NCBI GenBank assembly: GCA_031255915.1
Contig: JAIRRP010000052.1
Span: 2,062-66,061 of the forward strand
Source of the DNA: Puniceicoccales bacterium
GTDB taxonomy: Bacteria > Verrucomicrobiota > Verrucomicrobiia > Opitutales > JAIRLG01
Length of the DNA: 64,000 nucleotides
Reading direction: 5' to 3'
Part shown: positions 1 to 10,204 of the stretch, one piece after another
Layout of the letters: each line of letters starts with the position of its first letter
Position numbering within the stretch: the first letter of the stretch is position 1
Program-made: the position numbers and the translations under genes
Notes under the pieces: generated by a model
Database searches by the model: none
What the model was told of the DNA's origin: nothing
Seen by the model: only the letters and a program-made list of their open reading frames with translations

Positions 1-2
1 TG

Positions 3-428
3 CACGACGATTTCAAAAAAATCTTTGCACAGACGGTTTTACAATTTAAAGCCGGCAATTTTCACTCACCGGGGGAAATTTTAACGGCTTTATATTTTTC
101 GACATTAAAAATGTTCCCTAATTTGAAACCACAGCGCAGAAAATTTGCTTCCGAGCAAGACTACATTGCTGCAGTGCATCAAAACCTAGAAAAATTACTC
201 ATTGCTTTTCGGGATCATCCAGAAGAATTTTATCCCATGGATGAGGAATCCAAAACCCTTTTCAATGCGAACATTGACCAAGTCATTCGCACCGTACAAG
301 ATCAGCATACGGCCAATATTAAAAAACGACTTGCTCCAAATGAGTCTTACCATAAGGCCACGGCCGCTTCGCCAAAAAAACTCTTTGAGGATTTAGCCTC
401 CCCTCAGAGGGTCTATCACGAAGTTTAG
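3..428 (+). CDS. hypothetical protein, C-terminal part (5' end outside the window)
   Basis: The frame of the listed 111..428 ORF stays open back to position 3 (HDDFKKIFAQTVLQFKAGNF...), so the CDS is cut by the window edge. No recognisable motif. Confidence 0.45.
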   Translation, partial: HDDFKKIFAQTVLQFKAGNFHSPGEILTALYFSTLKMFPNLKPQRRKFASEQDYIAAVHQNLEKLLIAFRDHPEEFYPMDEESKTLFNANIDQVIRTVQDQHTANIKKRLAPNESYHKATAASPKKLFEDLASPQRVYHEV

Positions 429-551
429 CCTTAAAAAATTGACATCATTGATCTCTTGCTTGCTCCCCTCCTTGCTTAAAAAAGAACTCGGTAGGGATTT
501 CTTGACGTAATTTCTTCTCATAAATGCCAAAAGATTCTAGACTTCAGGTCG

Positions 552-2039
552 ATGACAGCGATCATACAGCATTCCCTACAATCCTTGAGCCATGGAAAGG
601 ATGGTCAGTGGCTGCATTTTCAGGACAGGGTCATCACCGGCCTGAGCTGTGACAGCCGAATGGTGAAATCGGGCGATCTCTTTTTTGCAATTCTCGGAAG
701 CAAACAGAACGGCGAGTCATTTATTCCCGACGCCATGGCGAAGGGCTGCGCCGCCATCGTCACCGAACGGGAATGTCCCCTGGATCCCAAGACATTCCCG
801 CAGTGGGTCGTTCCCGATGTTCGACGAACATTGGCGGAAACGGTGCGGTATTTTTATCGTTTTCCGGACGAAGCACTCGATATTTATGCCGTTACGGGCA
901 CCAACGGCAAGACGACCATAGCGTACCTATTGCAGTACCTGCTCTCGGCCGAACGACGGGCCGGCTATCTCGGAACACTTTTCTACGATACCGGCCATGA
1001 AAAGTATCCGGCCCCTACGACTACTCCTGACCCCATCCACCTACAGCAGTTACTCCGCCAGATGGTCGATCAGGGCGTGGGCTCGGCAACTCTGGAATTG
1101 AGTTCTCATGCGCTGGATCAGAAGCGCGCTTTTGGTATGAAAATCGGCACGGCGATCTTTACGAATCTTGCGGAAGATCACCTGGAGTATCACGGTGGCC
1201 GCGAGGCCTATTTTGATGCTAAATCTCGTCTGTTCGATGGGAGGAATGGCTCCGTCCCGCCCTATGCGATCCTCAACGGAGATGATCCTTACGGCCGACG
1301 ACTCCAAAAACATCTCAGCGGATTACCAGCCAAAATTTATACCTATGGATGTTCGGAAAACGTCCACGTACGGGCACATTCCATCGAGCAGCGGCATTAC
1401 GGGACTTTTTTCAACCTGACGATGCAGGGAATGACATGGTCGGTTGAAAGTCCCCTATGGGGTATCTACAACGTCAGGAATGTCCTGGCGAGCATGGCCG
1501 CATTGCTGGCAACAGGCCGGTTCTCGGAAAAAATTCTGGAGAGGCTCCGAAATTTCCCCGGTATCCCAGGAAGGACTCAAGTCGTGACGCAATGTGGAGG
1601 ACTCCTCACCATGGTGGATTATGCCCATACCGCCGATGCGCTAGCCAAAGTTCTGGAGATGCTCAAACCCCTGTGCTCCGGACGACTTCTGCTGGTATTC
1701 GGTTGCGGAGGTGACCGCGACCGGGCCAAACGACCCGAAATGATGCGTATCGCGCAACAATGGGCCGATGAGGTCTGGGCCACCGGCGATAATCCTCGAA
1801 CGGAATCCCAGGAACAAATTTTTTCCGATATGCGCGCTGGTCTGAGAGCTGCATCCCCAGCCGTCCACTGGATCCACGACCGCCGCGAAGCGATTTTTCA
1901 AGCCGTCCATACCGCCCAAGTCCACGATATAATCCTGGTCGCCGGGAAGGGACATGAGACCTATCAGGAAATTGGAACGGAACGGTTTCCTTTCGACGAT
2001 GCTGAAATATTAGAGGGCGTCGTCAAAGCCAGACAGTAA
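552..2039 (+). CDS. murE: UDP-N-acetylmuramoyl-L-alanyl-D-glutamate--2,6-diaminopimelate ligase
   Basis: 495-aa ORF with the Mur ligase P-loop VTGTNGKTT, the GDNPRTE (DNPR) motif typical of DAP-adding MurE, and GKGHE near the C-terminus. The last ~9 codons lie inside a repeat copy. Confidence 0.9.
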   Translation: MTAIIQHSLQSLSHGKDGQWLHFQDRVITGLSCDSRMVKSGDLFFAILGSKQNGESFIPDAMAKGCAAIVTERECPLDPKTFPQWVVPDVRRTLAETVRYFYRFPDEALDIYAVTGTNGKTTIAYLLQYLLSAERRAGYLGTLFYDTGHEKYPAPTTTPDPIHLQQLLRQMVDQGVGSATLELSSHALDQKRAFGMKIGTAIFTNLAEDHLEYHGGREAYFDAKSRLFDGRNGSVPPYAILNGDDPYGRRLQKHLSGLPAKIYTYGCSENVHVRAHSIEQRHYGTFFNLTMQGMTWSVESPLWGIYNVRNVLASMAALLATGRFSEKILERLRNFPGIPGRTQVVTQCGGLLTMVDYAHTADALAKVLEMLKPLCSGRLLLVFGCGGDRDRAKRPEMMRIAQQWADEVWATGDNPRTESQEQIFSDMRAGLRAASPAVHWIHDRREAIFQAVHTAQVHDIILVAGKGHETYQEIGTERFPFDDAEILEGVVKARQ

Positions 2040-2153
2040 TCTTCTCATCCTGTTCCACAACTCCTCTGATAGGTCACGCCTCCCGGGTGCCTTTTCTCCA
2101 TTCCCTCTTCTTTTTTTCTTTGTTCGTCTTTTATTGGACGACATCCTCCAGAG
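2010..2153. repeat. AT-rich palindromic MITE-like repeat, copy A (variant subtype shared with copy D)
   Basis: The left end ttagagggcgtcgtcaaagccagacag matches the terminal inverted repeat ctagagggtatcatcaaaatcagacag of other copies. The right end is gacgacatcctccagag. The interior cttctcatcctgttccac...ataggt matches the reverse complement of 37712..37856. Confidence 0.75.
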
Positions 2154-2286
2154 CAGGGAGTATATCGTTTGCGATCCGAACGCAACAACGGGCAAAAAAC
2201 AAGCCATTTTCCGCAACTTGCACACTTGCCTTTTGGAGGAGAAGCTTTAGATGACAGGAGTTGTAACCCACTAAAAAGATGTTCCT

Positions 2287-3837
2287 ATGACCCGAGATAT
2301 TGCCGCCGAAATCCGTGAAGAGATCCGTCGTTTTCAGCCCCAGACGGTTCGAAAAAACATCGGTCAGATTATCCAGTTGGCGGATGGCGTTGCCTTTGTC
2401 GAAGGACTGTCGGATGTCATGTACAACGAAATCGTCCTGTTTCCGAACGGTGCTCGTGGAGTTGCTCTGAATCTCGAAGAAGACCGCGTTGGCGTTATGC
2501 TCCTCGGCGATACCACCGGTATCAAATCAGGCGATACCGCCGAAACCTCCGGAAAGCTATTATCCGTTCCCGTTGGGCAAGAATTCCTGGGCCGCGTCGT
2601 CGATGCACTGGGGAATCCCATCGACGCCAAGGGAAAAATAAATGCATCCGAATATTACCCCATCGAGCGTACGGCCTATGGCATCAGGCCAAGACAATCG
2701 ATTTCACAGCCATTGCAAACTGGTATTCTGGCCATCGATGCGATGATCCCCATCGGCCGTGGTCAGCGCGAGCTGATCATCGGAGACCGTGCCACGGGCA
2801 AAAGTACATTGGCCATCGACACCATTCTAAACCAGACGCTGACCAATCACCAGGGCCTGGCCAGCGGCGATACGTCGTTCCGGCCCATATATTCCATCTA
2901 TGTCGCTATTGGGCAGAAAAATTCGTCGATCGCCCGGACGATCCAGATACTGGAAAATGCCGGTGCTATGGAATTCACGACCCTCGTCGTTGCATCCGCT
3001 TCGGAAAATCCAGCCAATCAATACATCGCACCCTACACGGGTTGTACGATGGGCGAATGGTTCATGGAGCACGATAGGGACGCCCTTATCGTTTACGATG
3101 ACCTGTCGAAACATGCCATAGCATGGCGACAGATTTCACTGATATTAAAGCGTCCAGCGGGCAGAGAAGCTTATCCGGGAGATGTCTTTGCTATCCACTC
3201 GCGGCTATTGGAACGCGCAACACGCCTGATACCGGAATTTGGTGGCGGTTCTCTCACGGCGCTTCCGATCATCGAAACACAGGCCGGCGACGTATCGGCT
3301 TACATCCCCACCAATATCATTTCCATCACCGATGGACAGATTTTTCTCGATACCGATCTCTTCAATAGTGGTACTCGCCCCGCCATCTCCGTCGGTATTT
3401 CTGTCTCTCGCGTGGGCTCGGCGGCCCAGACAAAGGCATTGAAACAGGTGGCGGGGAAATTAAAATTAGAGTTGGGACAATATTACGAATTGGCGGCTTT
3501 TGCTCAATTTGGTTCCGATCTCGATCCCAAAACGCAACAACAATTGGATCGCGGTGCTCGCATCGTGGAGATACTCAAACAACCCGCATCGCAGCCCATA
3601 GCGATTGAAAGACAGATACTGCTACTCTGGAGCATTCAACGGGGATATGGCGATGATCTTCCGGTCAATTCCATGGGCGAGATGATGGCATCACTGCTCT
3701 CCTTCTTTGAGTCCTATTACCTCGAACTTCTCCAGGTTCTGCGACAAAGACAGGACATCGATTCCACGATGGAGGAACAACTTCATGCTGGATTGAAAGC
3801 GTGGAAACAGCAGCAAGCTCATCCTCAGGCAGCGTAA
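2287..3837 (+). CDS. atpA: F1 ATP synthase alpha subunit
   Basis: The 516-aa ORF is alignable end to end with F1-alpha: [18 protein letters not shown] (Walker A), [53 protein letters not shown]. No other atp genes flank it. Confidence 0.9.
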   Translation: MTRDIAAEIREEIRRFQPQTVRKNIGQIIQLADGVAFVEGLSDVMYNEIVLFPNGARGVALNLEEDRVGVMLLGDTTGIKSGDTAETSGKLLSVPVGQEFLGRVVDALGNPIDAKGKINASEYYPIERTAYGIRPRQSISQPLQTGILAIDAMIPIGRGQRELIIGDRATGKSTLAIDTILNQTLTNHQGLASGDTSFRPIYSIYVAIGQKNSSIARTIQILENAGAMEFTTLVVASASENPANQYIAPYTGCTMGEWFMEHDRDALIVYDDLSKHAIAWRQISLILKRPAGREAYPGDVFAIHSRLLERATRLIPEFGGGSLTALPIIETQAGDVSAYIPTNIISITDGQIFLDTDLFNSGTRPAISVGISVSRVGSAAQTKALKQVAGKLKLELGQYYELAAFAQFGSDLDPKTQQQLDRGARIVEILKQPASQPIAIERQILLLWSIQRGYGDDLPVNSMGEMMASLLSFFESYYLELLQVLRQRQDIDSTMEEQLHAGLKAWKQQQAHPQAA

Positions 3838-3896
3838 GTTTATCTTCTGAAGCCCACGGAAATAATGGCCCAATACCTCATAACGGAGACAGACAT

Positions 3897-4166
3897 ATGA
3901 AGAAAGGTTCTCGCCGCCAATTGAGTTTCGAACAAAAGCTTCAGCAACTCGAGCATGTCGTAGCGGAAATGGAAACCGAAGGAGTGACGCTCGAGGCGCT
4001 TTTAGAAAAATATCGAGAAGGGCATGCCCTTCTTGCCGCTTGCCAAGAAGAATTAGACCGTGCAGAAATGATCATCCGAACTTTCGAAGGAACATCACTG
4101 TCTGATGGCAGCGAGGAATCTACCGGCGATGAGGAAGGGACTTCGGAGGTCTCGGAATGCTCCTAG
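3897..4166 (+). CDS. xseB: exodeoxyribonuclease VII small subunit
   Basis: LSFEQKLQQLEHVVAEMETEGVTLEALLEKYREGHALLAACQEELDRAEMII fits the XseB helical hairpin. The start was moved to the ATG at 3897 (GGAG ~9 nt upstream) because the listed 3801 start overlaps atpA. Confidence 0.8.
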   Translation: MKKGSRRQLSFEQKLQQLEHVVAEMETEGVTLEALLEKYREGHALLAACQEELDRAEMIIRTFEGTSLSDGSEESTGDEEGTSEVSECS

Positions 4167-6016
4167 AAACACTTAAGGACCCAACGGCGCTCAAGACCTT
4201 TTCTCACAGACAACTCACGGCCCTCGCAGAAGAAATACGAACGCTTGTTTACACAACCGTTACCAAGAACGGCGGGCATCTCGCATCTAATCTGGGTGTG
4301 GTGGAACTCAGCATCGCCCTTCATTACGTCTTTAACTCACCACGTGATGCCCTGGTCTGGGATGTCTCGCATCAGATTTATACCCATAAACTGCTGACGG
4401 GGCGCTATCCTTTTTTCCACCGCCTCCGGCAAACAGAGGGAGTCAGCGGCTTCAGTTGCCCGGATGAAAGTGAGCACGATCTCTTCACCACAGGACATGC
4501 CGGAACAGCATTATCCTCTGCACTGGGCTTGGCCAAAGCCCGTGATTTACGCGGTGGGAATGACCATATCATTATCCTCCTCGGTGATGCTTCCATGACG
4601 AATGGACTTACGCTCGAAGCGCTCAGTAACATCGCTTCTACGACCCAACGCCTCATCGTCATTCTCAACGATAATGGCTTTTCCATAGCTCCTAACGTCG
4701 GTGCCATTGCAAAAATACTCAGCCGGCTCATTCAACGGCCAGCCTATGCGAAATGCAAACGCTTGGGGAAATCCTTTTTAAATCTCTTCCCGGGAGGATC
4801 CACTTGCATAAGCGCTCTCAGGGCCATTAAACGCCGTGTCAAGAGCCTCTTTCTCCCCTCTTCCCTTTTCGAAGATTTCGGATTGCGTTACTGGGGACCC
4901 GTGGATGGACACCATCTGCCCGATCTTATCTACTACCTGCAATGCTGTCAAAAAGCTTCGGGCCCCATTCTCCTTCATGTAAAAACGCAAAAAGGCCATG
5001 GCATACCCGATGTCGCCACCCATCCCGAAAAATTCCATAGCGTTGCACCACAAAAGACAAAATCTACACAGCCAACCTTCACTTATGGTGAACTTTTAGG
5101 GAAATGTTTGGAATCCATGATGGAAAAAGATCCTCAGGTCGTGGCCATTACAGCCGCCATGGCCCGTGGCACAGGATTAGCTTCGATTCAAAATAAATTC
5201 CCTCAAAGGGTTTGGGATGTCGGGATGGCAGAGGCCCATGCGGTGACGTTTGCAGCCGGCATGGCAAAAAGCGGGTTCTTTCCCGTATGCGCCATCTACT
5301 CCACCTTCATGCAGCGCGCCGTAGATTCCTTTTTCCACGACGTGGCGCTCCAGGGATTGCCCATGCTTATCTGTATGGATCGCTCAGGACTGTCCTGCCA
5401 TGATGGCCCGACGCATCACGGCCTCTTTGACATTGCTCTCTTCGCCTCCGCTCCATCGGTCATCTGTGTACAACCTAAAGACTCACAGGAGTGGATTGAT
5501 CTGTTTTTTTCCGCTCGACAATGGAAACGCCCTGTACTCATGCGCTATCCTAGAGAATGTCCACAGCCATGGCCCCCTATCCGGGATTCGCAATTCATCC
5601 CATTGGCCCATGCGGAAGTCCTGGAGAAGGGTCGGGATATTTGCCTATGTGCCCTGGGCCCCATGGTCGACATAGCGCAGGCATTGGTGGCGCGATTTTC
5701 GGCACACGGTCTCTCGGTAACGGTCATCAACATGCGTTTTATCGTCCCATTGGATGAGGTATTGCTAAAAAAAATCCTCCCTCAACATCGCTTGTGCGTC
5801 ACCTTAGAGGATCATGTCGTCTACGGCGGATTGGGAAGTATCTTGGCCACTTGGATGGCGCTTTCCGGCATCCATACTCCATTATATCCCATCGGATGGC
5901 CCAATCGATGGGTGGAACATGCCAATTGCGATGAAGATCTACAGGAGCGCTATGGGCTCACCGAACAAAAAATTTTTCAATGCATCCTGGAACGTTGGAA
6001 GACACGGCCCACTTGA
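4157..6016 (+). CDS. dxs: 1-deoxy-D-xylulose-5-phosphate synthase
   Basis: 619 aa with GGHLASNLGVVELSIALHYVFNSPRDALVWDVSHQIYTHKLLTGR and the GDASMTNG ThDP motif. Overlaps the xseB stop by 10 nt. Confidence 0.92.
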   Translation: MLLETLKDPTALKTFSHRQLTALAEEIRTLVYTTVTKNGGHLASNLGVVELSIALHYVFNSPRDALVWDVSHQIYTHKLLTGRYPFFHRLRQTEGVSGFSCPDESEHDLFTTGHAGTALSSALGLAKARDLRGGNDHIIILLGDASMTNGLTLEALSNIASTTQRLIVILNDNGFSIAPNVGAIAKILSRLIQRPAYAKCKRLGKSFLNLFPGGSTCISALRAIKRRVKSLFLPSSLFEDFGLRYWGPVDGHHLPDLIYYLQCCQKASGPILLHVKTQKGHGIPDVATHPEKFHSVAPQKTKSTQPTFTYGELLGKCLESMMEKDPQVVAITAAMARGTGLASIQNKFPQRVWDVGMAEAHAVTFAAGMAKSGFFPVCAIYSTFMQRAVDSFFHDVALQGLPMLICMDRSGLSCHDGPTHHGLFDIALFASAPSVICVQPKDSQEWIDLFFSARQWKRPVLMRYPRECPQPWPPIRDSQFIPLAHAEVLEKGRDICLCALGPMVDIAQALVARFSAHGLSVTVINMRFIVPLDEVLLKKILPQHRLCVTLEDHVVYGGLGSILATWMALSGIHTPLYPIGWPNRWVEHANCDEDLQERYGLTEQKIFQCILERWKTRPT

Positions 6017-6076
6017 GTCGATAGGAGAAATTTCATTGGCAAGTGATATTTTTCTCCTACATTGCTTTTTCCTTCG

Positions 6077-8587
6077 ATGGAAAAAATGGATATGGGTAAA
6101 GAAAATACTACAGGTAAGCATTGTAAACCTTCGCAAAAAAGCGCTCTCCCCTCACTGTCAGCATCCGAACTAGAACAATCGATTCGTCACCATTTAACGG
6201 CATCGCTGGCGCGTCATCCGGCATCCGCTACACCACACGAATGGTGGCTCTCGACCTGTTTTGCCATCCGAGATTACGTCCTAGACCGCTTCGTATATAC
6301 CCAGTGCCAACATCACTCGCAGGATGTCCGGCGGCTCTATTACCTATCGATGGAATACCTCACCGGCCGCCTACTCAACAGCAATTTACTCAACACCGGA
6401 TTACTCGAAACGGCGAGAACAGCCCTACAATCGCTCGGGCAAAACCTTGACATCCTGCTGGATGAAGAAGTCGATATGGGTCTCGGTAATGGCGGTCTCG
6501 GACGTCTCGCTGCCTGTTTTCTCGATTCTCTAGCGACACTGAATTATCCTGCCATTGGCTACGGCATACACTATGAATTTGGTCTTTTCCGTCAGGAAAT
6601 TTGCGATGGACAGCAGGTAGAAAAACCGGATAATTGGCTTCTTTTTGGCAATCCTTGGCAGATCGTACGGCCGGAAAATGCCCAAAAAATTCCACTTTAT
6701 GGACGCGTTGTCGATCACTTCAATGCAAAAGGTGATTGGTGTCCGCTCTGGATCGATACGCAGGAAATTCTAGGTATTCCGTGGGACATCCCCATCGTCG
6801 GCTACGGCGGCAAGACGGTCAATTTTCTCCGCCTATGGGAATCCCGTGCCACACACGATTTTGACCTCGAGGAATTCAATCGCGGCGACTATACCGATGC
6901 CGTACTGGAAAAAATTCACGGCGAGAACATCTCAAAGGTTCTGTATCCGAACGACACAACGGAAAATGGTAAAGAATTACGACTTATTCAGCAGTATTTC
7001 TTCGTCGCATGCTCGATTCGCGACATCCTACGGCGCTATAAAAATGCCCACACTGACATCGAACAGCTACCCGAGAAGGCCATCCTGCACATCAATGATA
7101 CGCATCCCACCATAGCGATTCCAGAGCTCATGAAGATATTGACCGATGAGGAACATTTACCGTGGGAAAAGGCCTGGAACATCGTTCAAAAGGTATTCGC
7201 CTACACCAACCATACTTTGATGCCAGAAGCCCTCGAATGCTGGAATATTTCCCTATTTCAGCGCGTCTTGCCACGGCATTACCAAATCATCTGCGAGATC
7301 AATCGCCGCTTCCTAGAAGGTGATGTGGAACACAAATGGCCCGGTGACAGGGATAAAAAACGCTCTCTTTCACTCATTGGGGACAACGTCGTTCGCATGG
7401 CTCCGCTGGCCGTCATCGCCAGTCAATCGATTAACGGTGTCGCTGCTCTACACAGCCGCTTGATCCGCGAACGCCTGCTGCCAGATTTTTATGCCCTCTA
7501 TCCGGAACGTTTTAACAACAAAACCAATGGCATTACACCACGGCGCTGGCTGCAACAGTGCAATCCAAGGCTATCAAATCTGATCTCCGAAACCATCGGC
7601 AGCGAATGGAAGACAGATCTCGAGCTCTTGAAGGAGATGGAACCTTACGCGAAGCAAAAGTCCTTCCAAGAATTGTTCATGAAGGTCAAGCGCCAAAACA
7701 AGGAAGATTTGGCCCATATTATTCAGGAACGACTGGGCATTACCGTCGATCCCACAGCGCTTTTCGACGTTCAAATCAAGCGCCTTCACGAATATAAGCG
7801 CCAACATTTGAACCTACTCCACGTATTGAACCTCTATCGTCGCATTTTACATGGAGCATCACCGACAACCCTACCACCGCGAGTCGTCATCTTTGCTGCC
7901 AAGGCGGCACCGGGCTACACCGTAGCCAAGATGATCATCCATGCCATCAATGCCGCCAGTGACAAGATCAACCATTGTCCGCATGCCCAAGATTGGCTAA
8001 AAGTTATTTTCTTACCGAATTACAACGTCTCTCTCGCAGAAAAAATTATCCCGGCCGCCGATTTATCGGAACAGATTTCAACCGCCGGTAAAGAAGCTTC
8101 CGGTACGGGCAACATGAAGCTTGCCCTCAATGGGGCCTGTACGATTGGGACGCTGGATGGAGCCAATATCGAAATTTTGGAAGAGGTACACCGCGATAAC
8201 ATCTTCATCTTTGGCAAAACGGAATCGGAAATCGAGACGCTGCGGCAGCGAGGATATAATCCCTTCGATATCTACCACCAGCATGAAGAACTTCGCGAAC
8301 TACTTGACTGGATGCGCTCCGATTACTTCGCATTACCCGATGGGCAAAACCCCGTTAAGGCCCTAGCCGAGCATATTCTCTACAACGGCGATCCCTTCTT
8401 CGCATTAGCGGACTACAAGGACTATCGCCGTGCGCAACTTTGGGTCGACCAATCCTTCCTAGATCCCAAGCGCTGGGCAATGCAGGCCATCTTTAACACG
8501 ATCCGCATGGGTCGCTTTTCGAGCGATCGTACCATTCGCGAATACGCCGAGGAGATATGGAAACTTCCGGCCATAAGTATGGGATAG
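6077..8587 (+). CDS. glgP: glycogen/maltodextrin phosphorylase
   Basis: EASGTGNMKLALNGACTIGTLDGANIEI (PLP-lysine motif), LGNGGLGRLAACFLDS and NDTHP. The ATG at 6077 was preferred over the TTG at 6062. Confidence 0.92.
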   Translation: MEKMDMGKENTTGKHCKPSQKSALPSLSASELEQSIRHHLTASLARHPASATPHEWWLSTCFAIRDYVLDRFVYTQCQHHSQDVRRLYYLSMEYLTGRLLNSNLLNTGLLETARTALQSLGQNLDILLDEEVDMGLGNGGLGRLAACFLDSLATLNYPAIGYGIHYEFGLFRQEICDGQQVEKPDNWLLFGNPWQIVRPENAQKIPLYGRVVDHFNAKGDWCPLWIDTQEILGIPWDIPIVGYGGKTVNFLRLWESRATHDFDLEEFNRGDYTDAVLEKIHGENISKVLYPNDTTENGKELRLIQQYFFVACSIRDILRRYKNAHTDIEQLPEKAILHINDTHPTIAIPELMKILTDEEHLPWEKAWNIVQKVFAYTNHTLMPEALECWNISLFQRVLPRHYQIICEINRRFLEGDVEHKWPGDRDKKRSLSLIGDNVVRMAPLAVIASQSINGVAALHSRLIRERLLPDFYALYPERFNNKTNGITPRRWLQQCNPRLSNLISETIGSEWKTDLELLKEMEPYAKQKSFQELFMKVKRQNKEDLAHIIQERLGITVDPTALFDVQIKRLHEYKRQHLNLLHVLNLYRRILHGASPTTLPPRVVIFAAKAAPGYTVAKMIIHAINAASDKINHCPHAQDWLKVIFLPNYNVSLAEKIIPAADLSEQISTAGKEASGTGNMKLALNGACTIGTLDGANIEILEEVHRDNIFIFGKTESEIETLRQRGYNPFDIYHQHEELRELLDWMRSDYFALPDGQNPVKALAEHILYNGDPFFALADYKDYRRAQLWVDQSFLDPKRWAMQAIFNTIRMGRFSSDRTIREYAEEIWKLPAISMG

Positions 8588-8734
8588 GACAAGGAAAGGA
8601 TGGTCACCAACCTGAAATAATTTCGAACAACTCTATGATTGGTCCTCATCGAGGATGTTATCTCCTCAGCTTTAAACCATTCCTGAATACCCTAATAGAA
8701 GATAAAAAGCTACCCATGATCGCCATTACTTGAG

Positions 8735-9556
8735 ATGTACCTATCTTTTTTTGGATTTTCTGAAAAACCATTTACCATTAAGCCCAATAAGCACTTGCTG
8801 TTCTTGGGTTCTCCTCATGTCTCGGCGCTATCATTGCTCTGCTATGGCGTGGAAAACAACGATGGCTTTACGGTCATCGTGGGTGAAGTGGGTTGCGGCA
8901 AGACCACCTTATGCCAAGCATTACTAGACCAACTAGATGCCAAAAAATACTTCCCCATTTATCTCCCCATTCCTCCCCAGACAGAAGAAGAACTACTCGC
9001 CTCCTTCATCAGTACGTTCGACATCCAAGAAGTATCATCCGGTAACATCGTCGAGACTCGAAAAGGCATCAAGCAAAAACTCACGTACTACAACCGGCAA
9101 CGCAAACGTGTCCTGCTCATCGTCGATGAAGCGCAAAATCTGTCCAATGCGATGCTGGAAAACATACGTCTGCTCTCCAATATCGAGATCAATGGCAACC
9201 GCGCCATGCACATTATCCTATTGGGACAACCAGAATTGAAACAACACCTGCGACAACGGTGCATGCGCCAGCTACGGCAAAGGATATCCGTCTTTCAGGA
9301 ATTAAGACCATTGAATGCGCGCGAAACGCGACATTATATTCAACACCACTTGAGTCTCGTGCAGACGGAACACATATCACTATTCACCTATTGGGCGATG
9401 CATAAGATTTTCTCCCTGAGCAAAGGTGTCCCGAGAATTATCAATAATATCTGTGATAAATCATTGATATCCGCCTACGTGCGCAATTCCTATAAGGTGA
9501 AGCGTCGCGATGTCGTCCGAGCCTTCCAAGAAATTCAGCAGATAGAAGAATCATGA
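8735..9556 (+). CDS. gspA: ExeA/GspA-like AAA ATPase (type II secretion accessory)
   Basis: The N-terminus MYLSFFGFSEKPFTIKPN resembles ExeA. Walker A is GEVGCGKTT and Walker B is LLIVDEAQNL. Confidence 0.75.
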   Translation: MYLSFFGFSEKPFTIKPNKHLLFLGSPHVSALSLLCYGVENNDGFTVIVGEVGCGKTTLCQALLDQLDAKKYFPIYLPIPPQTEEELLASFISTFDIQEVSSGNIVETRKGIKQKLTYYNRQRKRVLLIVDEAQNLSNAMLENIRLLSNIEINGNRAMHIILLGQPELKQHLRQRCMRQLRQRISVFQELRPLNARETRHYIQHHLSLVQTEHISLFTYWAMHKIFSLSKGVPRIINNICDKSLISAYVRNSYKVKRRDVVRAFQEIQQIEES

Positions 9557-10152
9557 ATTTACTCCATGAAGCTTTACTAAAGCGTCGGCGAGAATCACTG
9601 CCTGTAATTTCCAGACCACCAACAGAAACTCTCCAGTCGACAGAGAGGTTTTGCGATCGACGAGAGCCATTGCATGAGGCACTTTTTCACAAAAAAAGAA
9701 GAGGCATAGGGACCCGATTCCGGAACTTTTTACGCCATTGGAAAATCATTGCCCTCGTGGGAGGCATCCTCAGCGGAATATTTTTTGCCTCACGGCATTC
9801 TCCTTTGGAAGCACAGAATACTCCCTCCTCTGCCGTAAAAAAAATGACAGGTATGCTCGCCGAAATAAGCTCCTCGACAACATCATGGCTAAGGCACATC
9901 TTTTCCCAACAACACAGCGCTTCGCAGCAGAAAAAAATTTCAGAATACCTGAAACAGATCAAAATTCAGGACGTCCAAACATCGGAAACAACACGTGCCA
10001 AGATTCGGATGGGAACAAAAATCTATCTCCCAGGTGCCATCATCAGTGAGGACCCCTGTGTCCGTTTTGTCGGCGTCGAACAAAAGCATATCATATTTGA
10101 GGATCGAGAAAATAGACGTTACACCTACCTCATTGAGGCAATATTGGAATGA
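9553..10152 (+). CDS. membrane protein, possible GspB/ExeB-like partner of the upstream ATPase
   Basis: ATGA start/stop overlap with the gspA-like gene. It has a single TM segment IIALVGGILSGIFFA. The C-terminal pattern IRMGTKIYLPGAIISEDPCVRFVGVEQKHIIFED resembles T2SS-B/PilP-type beta domains (by eye only). Confidence 0.4.
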   Translation: MNLLHEALLKRRRESLPVISRPPTETLQSTERFCDRREPLHEALFHKKRRGIGTRFRNFLRHWKIIALVGGILSGIFFASRHSPLEAQNTPSSAVKKMTGMLAEISSSTTSWLRHIFSQQHSASQQKKISEYLKQIKIQDVQTSETTRAKIRMGTKIYLPGAIISEDPCVRFVGVEQKHIIFEDRENRRYTYLIEAILE

Positions 10153-10204
10153 CAAAAGATTGAAATAGGAAAAAAATCCTCAAACATGGAGACTGTAGTT
10201 ACGA

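Noticed and set aside
2010-2225. ORFs lying in the AT-rich MITE copies (2010..2225 minus, 30223..30462 plus, 31649..31846 plus, 37594..37803 plus).
   Set aside because: Low-complexity F/L/S/K-rich translations of the palindromic repeat, present in both orientations at different copies.
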